Source of the DNA: a virus
Virus record (IMG/VR): IMGVR_UViG_3300037486_000467
Location: 1-64,000 of that record
Strand: one strand, 5' to 3'
Length of the DNA stretch: 64,000 nt
Shown here piece by piece: positions 47,961 through 60,700 of this stretch (position 1 is the stretch's first letter; each line of letters opens with the position of its first letter). The notes under the pieces are model-generated. The model made no database searches and had not been told where the DNA came from. It saw only the letters and a list, made by a program, of their open reading frames with translations. The position numbers and the translations under genes are program-made.

Positions 47961-48484
47961 TGAATATTATAAGAGAAAATATAGTTAAAGAAGGCTACGG
48001 AGCTGGATTTTCATTTAGTAGTGGAAGTGGATTTCGTGGAGGAATGGGAAGTACATCTCGCGGAGGATTTGGTGGCGCCAGTAATTTAGGCGGGCCTAAT
48101 TTAATGTATACTTATGAAATAAAACCCCTTAATCATACATTAGAGCAAGTACCTTCTATATACAATAATGACGAATCTCAAATACAAATAGGATCGGTTG
48201 TTATAGGAGAACCTGTATTATCAAATGCAACACCCGAAAAAAAGAAAATTAAAGGTGTTGTTCATAAAATTGCGATAACTGATGGTGGCGCTATAAAATA
48301 TTATATTGTTCAAGATGAAGCAACACAAAATAGTGTAAAATTAGATCCTTTATCTGTACGCTTAATTATTCATGAGCCTGTTGAATATTATTTTGATTCA
48401 ACAGACGCCAATCTTAGTAAAAGAAAGGAAAAAATTAGAATTGCAGCTAAAGAAAGAAAAATAGTTAGAGAATCTATATGTTAA
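47960..48484 (+). CDS. Hypothetical protein with Gly-rich N-terminus and SH3-like domain
   Basis: MNIIRENIVKE leader, GG-rich stretch. Confidence 0.65.
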   Translation: MNIIRENIVKEGYGAGFSFSSGSGFRGGMGSTSRGGFGGASNLGGPNLMYTYEIKPLNHTLEQVPSIYNNDESQIQIGSVVIGEPVLSNATPEKKKIKGVVHKIAITDGGAIKYYIVQDEATQNSVKLDPLSVRLIIHEPVEYYFDSTDANLSKRKEKIRIAAKERKIVRESIC

Positions 48485-50388
48485 AAAAAATATTAATTAT
48501 ATTAATTTTTCTTTTATCAGCGTTAAATAGCGCTGATGCTGCTCCTAAGCCTACTATAAAAACTTATTATATTGCTACTAATGGAAGCGATATTACAGGA
48601 GTAGGCACAACTAGAAAACCGTGGAAAACATTATCATATGCATGTACACAAGTAACTGCCCAGGGAAGTATTATTAAGTTTAAAGGAGGAAATTATATTG
48701 AAACTATCCCTTCTATAGTAGCTCCAAGAGTAAATATTGACGCCGGAGGCGCTACTATTACATCTAATGTTCTAAATTCACCCACAATCATCCTGATGTC
48801 TTCAGAAGGAACAAATGGAAGCCAATATATAGCCAATTTAATAATGAATGGAGATGCTCTTAAAGCACACAGTGCTATTCTTGTGTCAGGAAGAAGTAAT
48901 GTTAGCATTCACCATAGTGTATTTAGAGATTTTAGAGTATCGGGCGTAATATTCAATGGAGGCACAGATACAACAGATACAAAGTCAAGAATTATGTTTG
49001 GACGCGATACTATTCCGCTAGCTCCAACAAAATATGCAACAGGTAATCAATTTCTTAGAAACGAAATTGATAATTGCGCAATTTTCTATCCATCTAATAG
49101 GGCAAAGGGCGCATTAATGATAGGTGGTCAAGATGGAATGCAAATATTAGATAATACAATTATTCAAGATTCAAGAGAAGTAGGAACAAATGGCTATCCT
49201 ATAAAATATTATCGAGGAGGACATAATAATAATATTATAGTTGCCAGAAACATATTAATAAGATCTCCTCAAATATTATTGAGAGATGAATTTTTCTTGG
49301 GATGCGCCATAGAACTTTGGCATTCAAATAATATTACAATATCTGAAAATAGATTGGTTGGAGGAATATCCTTAACATATCTTAATGGTGCACAAATACA
49401 TCACAATACAATTTCTTTTGATGCATTAGATGAATATCCTAAAACAGGAATTCATATTTCTGGAGATGCAAACAATATTACTATAAATAATAATTATTTT
49501 AAAAATCTTGCTCTACAAATTGATATTATTGCTTTTTCTAAAACTACTTTAGATAATATCAAAATTCATACTAATATAATGTATAATATTGGTGTATCTA
49601 CTAATGAGTGGTGGGGAGAAGGAATTAGAATAGGTGGCTTAACAGCAGATACAGTTACGAATATTAATATTATAAGTAATACTATAATAGCAAATCCCGA
49701 AGATAGAAATACAAGAATAGGACTTTATTTACCTACAACCGGTTATGCAACAGATATTAATATTCAAAATAACATTATAACAGGATTTAGATATGCATCT
49801 ATATTTGCCGCTGGGCCTCAAGCCATTATTAATAAAATTTCTATAGAAAATAATTTACTATGGGATAATATTCAAACTGGCAAAAGCTATGCAATAAATG
49901 ATAATCCATATTTTACAAACATTAAAGATCCTTTAAATTTAAGTTATAAAAACAATATTATTTTTAGTCCTTTGTTTGTATCGGAAATAGATTTTCATTT
50001 GCAGGATTCTTCTCCAGCAGTATCAGCAGGAATTTACGTTCCATGGATAACACTTGATTATGATGATATAAGCGTAGGCAATCCGCCAAATATTGGAGCT
50101 TATTCAAGTATTAGTCTTAAATCACGACTTTTAGAAGATGAATATCATTTAATAGTATATCCAGTTCCTACAACTAATTATTTAACAGTATCTGTAAATG
50201 ATCCCAGTTTTGAGCCTAATCGTATTACAATATATGATATCAATGGTAAAACTGTATATTCGCAACGCATATACGAAAATTATATACACATATATCCTTT
50301 AAATCTTTTTCCAGGTGTTTATATTGTAAAAGTAGAGGGTTCACTTAATAAGATACTTGCGGAAAAAATAATAGTAGGAGTTAAATAA
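48478..50388 (+). CDS. Secreted right-handed beta-helix protein with T9SS (Por) C-terminal sorting domain
   Basis: Signal peptide MLKKILIILIFLLSALNSADA; YYIATNGSD..G.GT..KPWKT; parallel beta-helix repeats; CTD VYPVP...ITIYDINGK...GVYIVKV...KIIV. Confidence 0.82.
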   Translation: MLKKILIILIFLLSALNSADAAPKPTIKTYYIATNGSDITGVGTTRKPWKTLSYACTQVTAQGSIIKFKGGNYIETIPSIVAPRVNIDAGGATITSNVLNSPTIILMSSEGTNGSQYIANLIMNGDALKAHSAILVSGRSNVSIHHSVFRDFRVSGVIFNGGTDTTDTKSRIMFGRDTIPLAPTKYATGNQFLRNEIDNCAIFYPSNRAKGALMIGGQDGMQILDNTIIQDSREVGTNGYPIKYYRGGHNNNIIVARNILIRSPQILLRDEFFLGCAIELWHSNNITISENRLVGGISLTYLNGAQIHHNTISFDALDEYPKTGIHISGDANNITINNNYFKNLALQIDIIAFSKTTLDNIKIHTNIMYNIGVSTNEWWGEGIRIGGLTADTVTNINIISNTIIANPEDRNTRIGLYLPTTGYATDINIQNNIITGFRYASIFAAGPQAIINKISIENNLLWDNIQTGKSYAINDNPYFTNIKDPLNLSYKNNIIFSPLFVSEIDFHLQDSSPAVSAGIYVPWITLDYDDISVGNPPNIGAYSSISLKSRLLEDEYHLIVYPVPTTNYLTVSVNDPSFEPNRITIYDINGKTVYSQRIYENYIHIYPLNLFPGVYIVKVEGSLNKILAEKIIVGVK

Positions 50389-51235
50389 CAGTATCATTTT
50401 TTACTTTTATTTCTTTTCCATTTTTAAGCCACGGAACTTCAAATTTATGTATTTTTACATCTAATTTTCTAACGTATACATTATTATCAGGAACATTGAA
50501 TAGCATAATTGCGTTTTCACCTTCTTTCCAATTTTCCCAACGTTCTACTGCTACATCAATTAATGATTTCGGAAAATGATCTTTTGCGCTCCAATTTTCC
50601 AACTTTTTACGAATATCTCTTCTAATCCATGCACCGTGTCCCATCCTGATCACTTCATCTGGAAAGAGGTATGTTCCTATATTCATTGGATTAAATATAC
50701 GTCGAGTGGGATCTGTGGGTCCTGGAGCTGGTCCATTAAAGGTATATGTAAAGTAAGTTGAACATATGCCAGGAACAAATGGTCTAAATGGATATACTAA
50801 ATAATGTTCAAAATCTCTGTAATAATTAACATAACTCCAATAAGTAATTGGCCAACCTTTTTCATTGATTTGTTTTTTTGCTTCTCTAAATTGATCTTTA
50901 TCGTAAAATTCATCTGCATCAATATTTAATATATGAGAGTAGCCCTTTTCTCTCATTGAATTTATTCCTAAGTTTCTTTTAACAGTTTCTTGTTCTCTAT
51001 GTGGTTTTGAAAAATCTGGAACAAACTCTATTAATTCATCAACTAAACCCTTAGATTTTAGATTATTTAATTCTTCCATATCTTTAGGATCCATTGAATT
51101 TCCACAATATGATTTTTTCTGATAAACTGCCGCAACATAATCTACCTGATCTTTAATTTCAGTTATTAACGCATCAAGTAATTCTGAAGCATCGAAGCTG
51201 TTTATCGTGAGAGCTAATTTTTTTATTTTTCCCAT
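50381..51235 (-). CDS. GT-A fold (GT2-like) glycosyltransferase
   Basis: ETVKRNLG, HILNIDADEFY (DxD), MGH.AWIR. Confidence 0.7.
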   Translation of the reverse strand: MGKIKKLALTINSFDASELLDALITEIKDQVDYVAAVYQKKSYCGNSMDPKDMEELNNLKSKGLVDELIEFVPDFSKPHREQETVKRNLGINSMREKGYSHILNIDADEFYDKDQFREAKKQINEKGWPITYWSYVNYYRDFEHYLVYPFRPFVPGICSTYFTYTFNGPAPGPTDPTRRIFNPMNIGTYLFPDEVIRMGHGAWIRRDIRKKLENWSAKDHFPKSLIDVAVERWENWKEGENAIMLFNVPDNNVYVRKLDVKIHKFEVPWLKNGKEIKVKNDTVI

Positions 51236-51249
51236 TAGTTATTATTAAT

Positions 51250-51486
51250 TTAATATGATTTATTTTTTTTATTGCTTAAAAATTTTAAAGTTTGTTTATC
51301 TTTTTTTCTTCTTTCTTTCTCTTCGTTTTTTATTGTTTTTCGAAATCTTATTAAAGCGATAATTACTAAAACAAGAAACATAGTCATCCCTAATATAAAA
51401 AAATATAAGAGATGATTCTCTAACCAATTATGTTGCACATGGTTAGTAAAAAATTCTTTTATTATATTCCATATTTTTTCAAACAT
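51250..51486 (-). CDS. Small membrane protein
   Basis: Single TM helix followed by a basic tail. Confidence 0.6.
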   Translation of the reverse strand: MFEKIWNIIKEFFTNHVQHNWLENHLLYFFILGMTMFLVLVIIALIRFRKTIKNEEKERRKKDKQTLKFLSNKKNKSY

Positions 51487-51488
51487 TT

Positions 51489-51647
51489 TTATCTATAAAG
51501 TTTAGTATAACAATCATAACAAAGTTGTCCAACTCCTTCAATATAATAATTTCTTAAATCAAGATGCAAATCTTTTGAATATCGTGTTTCTTTTCCACAA
51601 GAAACACATTTATCTTTTTCGATTATCTTTTTATTTTCTTTTTTCAC
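51489..51647 (-). CDS. Small zinc-ribbon protein, 52 aa (not in the ORF track)
   Basis: GTG start; MKKENKKIIEKDKCVSCGKETRYSKDLHLDLRNYYIEGVGQLCYDCYTKLYR*; two CxxC. Confidence 0.7.
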   Translation of the reverse strand: MKKENKKIIEKDKCVSCGKETRYSKDLHLDLRNYYIEGVGQLCYDCYTKLYR

Positions 51648-51726
51648 CTTGTATAATAAGTATATTTTTTATTTATTATATTAACATAATTATACGAGGT
51701 TTTAAGAAATTGTTAAAAGATTATAA

Positions 51727-54700
51727 TTATTTGCCAAAAGTTATTGTTCCATTATCAGTTCCAAAAAAGCGAAATTGAAATGTTCCCTGAGGTAATCCGG
51801 TTATAGGCGCAAGTTGTTCATCAGGTTTTCCAGCATTTAATTTAGTAAAGGCTTCAGCAGCAGTAGCAAGTTGAGTTGTAGCTGCTGATAATTTAACTAA
51901 ATTAGCATCTAAAGAATTATATCCTCCAGCAGGACCGCCAGAAGAAGGCATATTTTTGAAAGCGCCCGAATTGACTAATTTTTCAAGATTTTTAACATCT
52001 AATGCTCCCATATTACTAACTAATAATCCTAAATTAGTAGCAAGATCCCCTAAACTCTTAGATAATTTATCTACTCCGGATAAATTAGTTGAAAAACTGT
52101 TAAGTTTTGAAATTACATCGTCAAAACTCTTTAAATTTTGATCAATTGTTTTTCTTTTAGCTTTATCTGTTTCGCCGCCGCTTGCTAAATCTACAGAAAA
52201 CGCTTTATTAATTTCTGTCATAAACATAGATATGCCATTAGTCAGGCCTTTTACTATTTTATCAATTGGTTTATGAGTTATTTTTCCATTTTCGTCAGTT
52301 ACTGGAAATCCTGCTGAAGTAATGTCTGCGTATTGCCCTAATACTTCTGCAAATTTTAAAATAGGCTCTATTAATCCAGGCTTATCTTGTTTCCACGGCA
52401 ACTTAAATTTTCCAAATAATCTTGGCGCTTGTTGTCCTAAAAGAAGTTGCGCTATATTTACAGTAGTATCATTAGATAAAGTTTCTAATGTAGATTGTTG
52501 ATTTTTAAATTCAGTAAAAAATAATGACAGCGCTTTAACTATATGTTCTGCAACAGTTTTTGGAGAAATAGAAGTTCCCTTCTTTATCTTTCCTTTTTCA
52601 TCAACATCATAAACAGGAATTTTATCTTTTTCTGCAAATAAAGAAAGCAAATTAGCAAATTTAGTTAATGCGTCTATTATTCCTGGTTTTTCTGCTATAC
52701 GTATTCCTAAAAATTTACGTGCACTAGTTCCTAACAATATTTGAGAAATTTCTCCTATTTTTTTATCAGAAGGTATAACTGCAGTGTTTTTAAACAATGT
52801 TGTTAATGTAGTAAAGAATGAAGAAAGCGCAGTAACTATTTTAGTTGCAGCTCCTATCGGAGAAGCATAGCCTGCTACTTTTGTATTTCCGTTTGCATCT
52901 ACACCTTCAAAAATAGGTATACTTTGAATCTTTGAAAATTTTGTAAGTAAATCTGCAAATTTAGATAATGCATCAATTATTCCTGGCTTATCATTTAATT
53001 TCCCTTTTCTAACTAAACGCTGTGAAATCTTACTTCCTAATAATGATTGCGCAATTCTTTCTACGTTTTCAGTATCAGGCGTATATATTTTAGTAGTTAA
53101 TTCTCGGAAGAAACCAGAAATTGAATTAGCTATAGTAGTCGCTATAGTAGCAGGATCTGTATAACTTATTATCTTTGGCTTTCCTTTATCATCAACTTCA
53201 TAAACTGGCATTTGATTAATTTTTCCATACATTGAAATCATTTTTGCAAATTGAGATAATGCATCGACTAATCCTGGATCATCTGGCACGCCTTTTCTAA
53301 TTAAACGTCTAGATATTTCAGTTCCCAATAATGCATGAGTAATATTTATTATCTCATAATTAGATGGAATCTTTATACCTTTTAATCCTTGAAAGAATTT
53401 AGAAATTGCTGATGTGATATTAAGCGCTATTTTTTCGGGCTCAACATATTGTTTTATTTTTGTTTTTCCTTCAGCATTAATATCATAAACAGGAATTACA
53501 GTAGCTTTAGAAAATGTAGAGAGTAAATCTGCAAATTGAGATAATGCATCGACTAATCCTGGATCATCTGGCACACCTTTTCTAATTAAACGTCTAGATA
53601 TTTTAGTGCCTAATAATGCGTGTGTAATATTTGTTATTTCAGAATTAGAAGGTAACGCTATGCTTGTTAATCCTGTAAAGAACTTAGAAACAGAATTGCT
53701 TATATTTTTTGCAATATCTACGGTGCTAATGTAACTTTTTACTACAGGCTTTCCATCTTCTATATTATAAACCGGAAGGTGATCAGCTTTATTAAATATA
53801 GAAAGTAGATCTGCAAATTTAGTTAATGCATCAATTAAACCAGGATATTCTACTGTTTTTGTTGTACGCATTCCTAAAAATCTTGGACCTTTAACTCCTA
53901 ATAATGCTTGAGTAATTACCCATATATCATCCATCGAAGTTAACTTACTTCTTATACCAGATAAACCAGTAAAGAACGATGAAATTGTTGTAGCTATATT
54001 AGTTGCTACTGTTCCAGGATCTACATATCCAGATACTTTAATATTTCCTTTATCATCAACTGCATAAACAGGAATTTGATTTACTTTTGAAAAGATAGTA
54101 AGCATCTCTGCAAATTTAGTTAATGCGTCTATTATTCCGGGAGTTCCAGTTGAATATACTCTTATTCCCAATAATTTGGGGCCAGCATTACCCATTAATA
54201 ATTGAGATATAACTGCCATTTTTGCTGCTGAAGGCATAACTGTGTTCTTTTCTCCAAATGTTTCTATTAATGATGAAAAGAATGAAGAAACTGTACCAGC
54301 TATTGTGCCAGCTATGTATGCAGGAGTAACATATTCAGTTATTTTAGCTTCACCATCTACAATTTCGTAAATTGGAAGTTGATTTATTTTTGAATATACA
54401 GTAATTAATTCAGTAAATTTAGTTAATGCATCTATTATTCCTGGAGTTCCAGACGAATGTAACTTTATTCCTAATAGTTTGGGGCCAGCATTACCCATCA
54501 ATAATTGAGAAACTGCTGCCATTTTTACTGCTGAAGGAATTATTTCAGGATTTTTGAATGTTTCAATAAGAGTAGTAAAAAATGATCCTATTGATTTAGC
54601 TATATTTGTTCCTGCTGATACAACATCTATTTCTGGGCCAAATATGGGATTTCCTTTTGCATCATGTCCAGTAATAGTTTTTACTACACCTGCTTTTGTA

Positions 54701-57700
54701 AAAGCTTTTAAAGATGTAGCAAACAATATAAGAGCTAAAGAAACTCCTCCTAGTAATCCTATTGATGCTATTAATATGTCTACATTTTTAATAACTTTTC
54801 CAACTTTTCCAAAAAATCCTTCTGGCCTATCTCCCTTTTCTCCTAATACTCCTATGCTTATTCCACTTATAATACCTTGTAATACACCGCTTAGCAATAA
54901 TGATATGTTTTCAGTCATAGTATTTACACCATCTTTTCCACCCATCTTATTAATGATAGCGCCTATTCCCATTGATACTAGTGCAAATGCGCCAAGAGAG
55001 AATGACATTGCAATAAGAACCAATGCGCCTTTTGCTATAGGTATTGCAGCTAAGCCTAAAGCAGCTAATGTTAATCCTAATAATGCTATTCCTTTGGCTG
55101 TTGTTAAAAGCATTTTACCAACGTCAATTTTAAAAACTTTATCCAATAATGCATACGTACTACCTAATGCTAATAATCCTCCAGTTAACCATAGTATTCC
55201 TTTAGCCATTGGTTTAGCTACTAATGCCCCTAAGAATAAAGGTATACTAATGATTCCCAATCCAGCAAACAATAGGCCCATTAGCCCAATTGCGCCCATC
55301 GAAATTAGCAAAGCTTGTCTGGTTTTTTCTGGACTTCCAGTCATTATGTTCATTAGCGTATATGATCCTATCATCGCTAGTAAGCCTATTGCTACAATTC
55401 CTATTCCTACGCCCATCATTGCTATAGCAGCACTACCTAGAGCTATTGGTACAGCTAACATACCTATCATAGCAAATCCTCCTGCTAATATTGCAAGAGA
55501 ACCTACGATAGTTCCCATAACTTGTCTAGGTTCAACTTTAAATATAGCTGATGCTACATATATTGTAGTGACTAATATAGCTATTGATCCAGCAAATGCT
55601 AACATTACTTTAGCAATGCCACTTAATACTTTGCCAATTCCTATAAAAGCTACTCCTACCGCTGCTATTACTGTTGCACCTGCTAAAAGCACGGGAGCTG
55701 CAACGCCTGCTGCCCCAACTACTCCAAGTAAAGCAGTCAATCCTACAGTTGTAGCTGTTAATAATCCAGTTGAAGATACTATTCCAAATCTTAATACGCC
55801 TTTGGCTAATTTGGGCAATGCTTCTCCAAGAGCAACTAATAATCCAGCAGTAATCATTACTTCTGGAGATAATTTAGATAGTTTAGCCAGTCTATCCATA
55901 AAGTCTATTATGGAATTTTTAAATGCAGTTGGAATTACTCCAAAGAATATTAATCCCTTAGATAATTTAGGTAATGCATCTGCAATAATTCCCATAGATT
56001 CTGCAACAATTTTTGCAGTTAGTGTAGCAATTTTTCCCTCATGTTTAGATAAATCATACAACTTTTTAATAAATGACAATAAAGATGTTTTAAATGCTCC
56101 CGGAATTAATCCAAATTTTATGAGTCCACTACTTAATTTAGGCAACGCTGTAGCAATAATTCCCATAGATTCAGCAGCTATTTTTGATGCATCAGAAGAT
56201 TTTTTGCCTTTATATTCAGATAAAGATATTAATTCTCTAATAAATGATATTAAAGATGTTTTAAATACTTTAGGAATTAATCCAAATTTTAAAACTCCTC
56301 CTGCTAAATTTGGTAATACATTTACAATAATGCCCATTGATTCGGCTGCTATTTTTGCAGCCTCATTAGATTTTTTGCCTTTATAAGTAGATAAAGATAG
56401 TAATTCTTTAATAAATGATATTAGCAATGTTTTAAACATTTTGGGAATTAACCCAAATTTTATGAGTCCAGCTCCTAAATTTGGTAATGCTCCAGCTATA
56501 ATACCCATTCCTTCGGCAGCAGTTCTTGCTGCTTTTCCTGCATCTTTTCCTTTGTGTTCAGATAATGATAATAAATCTTTTACAAAAGTTATTAGTGATG
56601 TTTTAAATCCTTTTGGAATTAATCCAAATTTTAAAAGTCCTCCAGAAAGAGGCCCTAATACTGAAGATAGATTTTTAATTGCTTCAGACGTATCAGTTAA
56701 ACTTGTTGTAGTTTTTTTATCTACTGAAATAGATTCTACATTAGCATTTAGAGCTTTTAAAGATTTTCCAATTAAAGATAATTTCTTTAAATCTTTTGTT
56801 ACGTCAAAATCTTTAAGTTCAGTGCTAAATTTATTTAAAGTTTTTATAATAGTAGATAAATTGATAGATAGTTGTTTAGTAGCATCAGTTATATCGACGT
56901 CTTTAATAGTAGATAACTCTGTCAAACTCTTTGCAAAATTAGTAATAGATTTTACAGTTTCTTCGGGAATAGAATCTACACCAGAAATTTGATTTACTAA
57001 TTTAGATACAGAATCTCCAATTATCGCTAAAGTTTTTTCTAATTCTTTGGCTGCATCAGCAGATTTTAATTTTCCGGAAGATAAGTTAAATAATTCTTTA
57101 ATAAATTCAGAAATTTGTTTTGGCTTTTCAGCAGCTATATTAAATTCAGATATCTTTGTAAAGAATTTTGATAAAGAATCACCAACTTCATTTATAGATT
57201 CTACTGTGGTTTTGGTAGTTTCTATAAATTTTGTATCTTTAAATATGGGTAATGAAAATAAATCTTGAATGAAACTATTTAAAGATTTTTTGGTTTTATC
57301 TGAAATTGAGTCAAATGAAGATAATTTTGTAAAAAATTCTGATAAAGAAGAGCCCATTACAGTTATAGATTGTATCATTTCTGTTGGAACTGATTTAATT
57401 CCAGAAATAACATCTATTAATTTTGTAATAGAAGTTCCTATAATTATTAAACTTTTATCTATTTCATTTGCAATTTCAGTTGATTTATTTTTTGTAAATG
57501 AAGATAGAGAAAACAATTCTTTAATAAATTCAGATATCTTTTTTGATTTATCAGCAATTATTTCTACACTATTTATTTTTGTAAAAAAGCCTGATAGAGA
57601 ATCTCCAACAACATTCATAGATTCTAATGTAGTTTTAGCAGTTTCTATAAGTTTCGTATCTTTAAATATAGATAATGAGAAAAACTCGTTAATGAAATCA

Positions 57701-60700
57701 GAAATTTGTTTTTTAGATTTGTCAGAAACACTAAACGTAGATATCTTTCCAAAAAACTCTGATAAATAATTACCAATTATTGCTACAGATTCTCCAGTTG
57801 CTTTAACTACTTCTGCGAATTTTACATCTTTGAATATAGATAATGAAAAGAAATCTTGTATAAAATTCTTTAACGATTCTTTAGATTTATCAGAGATAAG
57901 TTCAAACTTTTTAATAGTTTGCAGTAATGATGGAAATGAATCTCCTATTACTTTTAATGTTTCTGATAAATTTTTTGCATTATCAATAGTTTTAGTATCT
58001 TGGAATACAGATAAAATATTTTGTATAAATTGTTTGATTGACTTTCCTGATTTAGAAATAGCTTCAAATTTAGCAGTTTGGCCAGAAAATGATATTAATG
58101 AGTTTCCAATTATAGATAAAGATTTTTCTAATTGTTTAGCACTATCAACTGACTTAAGATTATTAAATAAAGATGAAAATAAACTTTCAATAAAATTTAT
58201 AGTAGATGTTGCAGAAGTATAAATATTTTCTGGAACAACACCAATCTTTAATAATTTTCCTGTAAATGTAGATAACATATTTACTATAATAGATAAATTT
58301 TTATCTAAATCTTTTACACTACCAAGAGATTTAACATCTTTGAATATAGATAACGAAAATAAATCTTGTACAAAGGCTGCCGTAGATTTAGCAGATTTAT
58401 ATATTGCATCAGGTATTACTTTAAATTTTCCTAATTTTTCTGTAAATGCCGATAACATATTTACTATAATAGATAAATTTTTATCTAAATCTTTTACATC
58501 ATCAAAAGATTTAATATTATCAAATAAAGATAATGAAAATAAATCTTGTATAAAATCTACTGTAGTTTTAGCAGATCTATAAACTGGTTCGGGTATTATT
58601 TTAAATTTTCCTAATTTTTCTGTAAATGCAGATAATGTATATCCTATAATAGATAAAGATTTTTCTAATTGTTTTATGTTATCAAGAGATTTAATATTAT
58701 TGAATATAGATAATGAAAATAAATCTTGTATAAAATCTACTGTAGTTTTAGCAGATCTATAAACATTTTCTGGAATTGCGCCAATTTTTGGTAATTTTTC
58801 TGTAAATGACAATAAAGAATTAACTATGATATATAATGATTTATCTAATTCTTTTAAAAGATTCGGAGATTTAAATTTATCAAACAAAGATAAAGAAAAT
58901 ATATCTTGCATAAAATTAAGAGCAGTTTTTGCAGAAGAGTATATATTTTCAGGAACTGAACCTATTTTGGCTAATTTTCCAGTAAATGTTAATAACGAAT
59001 CTATTATAATCAATAGAGATTTTTCAAATTCTTTTAAAGTATTAATAGATTTAATATTATTAAATAGAGATAATGAAAATAAATCTTGTATAAAATCTAC
59101 TGTAGTTTTAGCAGATGCATATGTGTATTCTGGTATTGCATTTAATTTCATCAATTTTCCTGTAAATGTCAATAGCAAATCACCCACAATTGATAATGAT
59201 TTATCTAATTGTTTTATTATATCTGCTGATTTAAATTTATCGAATAATGATAATGAGAATATATCTTCTATAAAATTCAGTGTGGTTTTTGCAGAAGCGT
59301 AAATATTGTCAGATATGTTACCTATTTTTGGTAATTTTCCTGTAAAAGATATTAACGAATCTACTATAGTTGATAATGATTTATCTAATTGCTTTATTGT
59401 ATTAATAGATGTAGTTTTGTCAAACATAGATAGAGAAAATAAATCTTGAATAAAATCTACTGTAGTTTTTGCAGATTTGTAAACATTTTCGGGTATAATA
59501 TTTAATTTTATTAATTTATTAGTAAATACTGAAATTGAATCTATAATAACAGACAATGATTTATCTAATTGTTTTATTATATCTACTGATTTAAATTTAT
59601 CAAATAAAGATAATGAAAAAATGTCTTGTATAAAATTTAATATAGTTTTTGCTGAAGCATAAATACCTTCTGGAATTGAACCAATTTTAGATATTTTTCC
59701 GGTAAATGATGTCAATATATTTAATATAGCAAACAACGATTTATCTGTCTGCTTTATATTATCAATTGATTTATTAGTATTAAACATAGACATAGAAAAT
59801 AAATCTTCTATGAAATTTGCAGTAGTTTTTACAGCTTTATATGTTATAGCAGGCAATATATCAAATTTTGCTATTCTTTCAGTAAATTGTAATAAAGTAT
59901 CTGTAATTATATTTAATTCTTTAGATAAATTTTTTGGAGTTACGCCTAGCTTTTCATTTTTAAATAGAGATAGAGAGAATAAATCTTGAATAAACCCAAC
60001 AACAGTTTTTGCAGAATTAAAGACTGCTTCTGGTACTAAATCAATTTGAGTTAGATTTTTAGCAAATAATAATAATGAATCACTAATAATGAATAATGAT
60101 TTATTTAGTTGTTTGGCATCATTTAATTTAATATTTTTAAATATTGACAATGTAAATAAAGATTCAATAAAATCTATTGTAGTTTTCGCAGATTTATAAA
60201 TATCTGGAGAAATTGAACTAAATGATGATAATTTTTCAGTCAATTGAAATAATACATTTCCAAGTTCATCAAAAGCGCTTGATATTTTTTTTGCAACTTC
60301 GATAATATTTTTATCTTTAAATAATGATAAAGAAAAAAGTTCTTTTATGAAATCTGTTGTAGTTTTTTTAATATTTTTTGTTGTTAATTCAAATTCAACT
60401 AACTTTTTAGCAAATGTAGGTAATGAATCGCCTACAATAAGTAAAGAACTCTCTAATTGTTTAGCTGCAGTAATAGAACTTGCTTTATCAAAAATTGATA
60501 GAGAAAATAAATTTTGAATAAAATCTATAAAAGAAACTTTGGCCTTATTGGGAATAGAATCTATTATCGTTATTCCATTAGTTAATTTAGATAATGAATT
60601 ACCTATAATTTCTATCGCTTCTGCTGTAGTTTTTGCTGCTAGAGTAGAACTCATATTTTTAAATACAGACAAAGATAATAAATCATTAATAAAATTTAGA

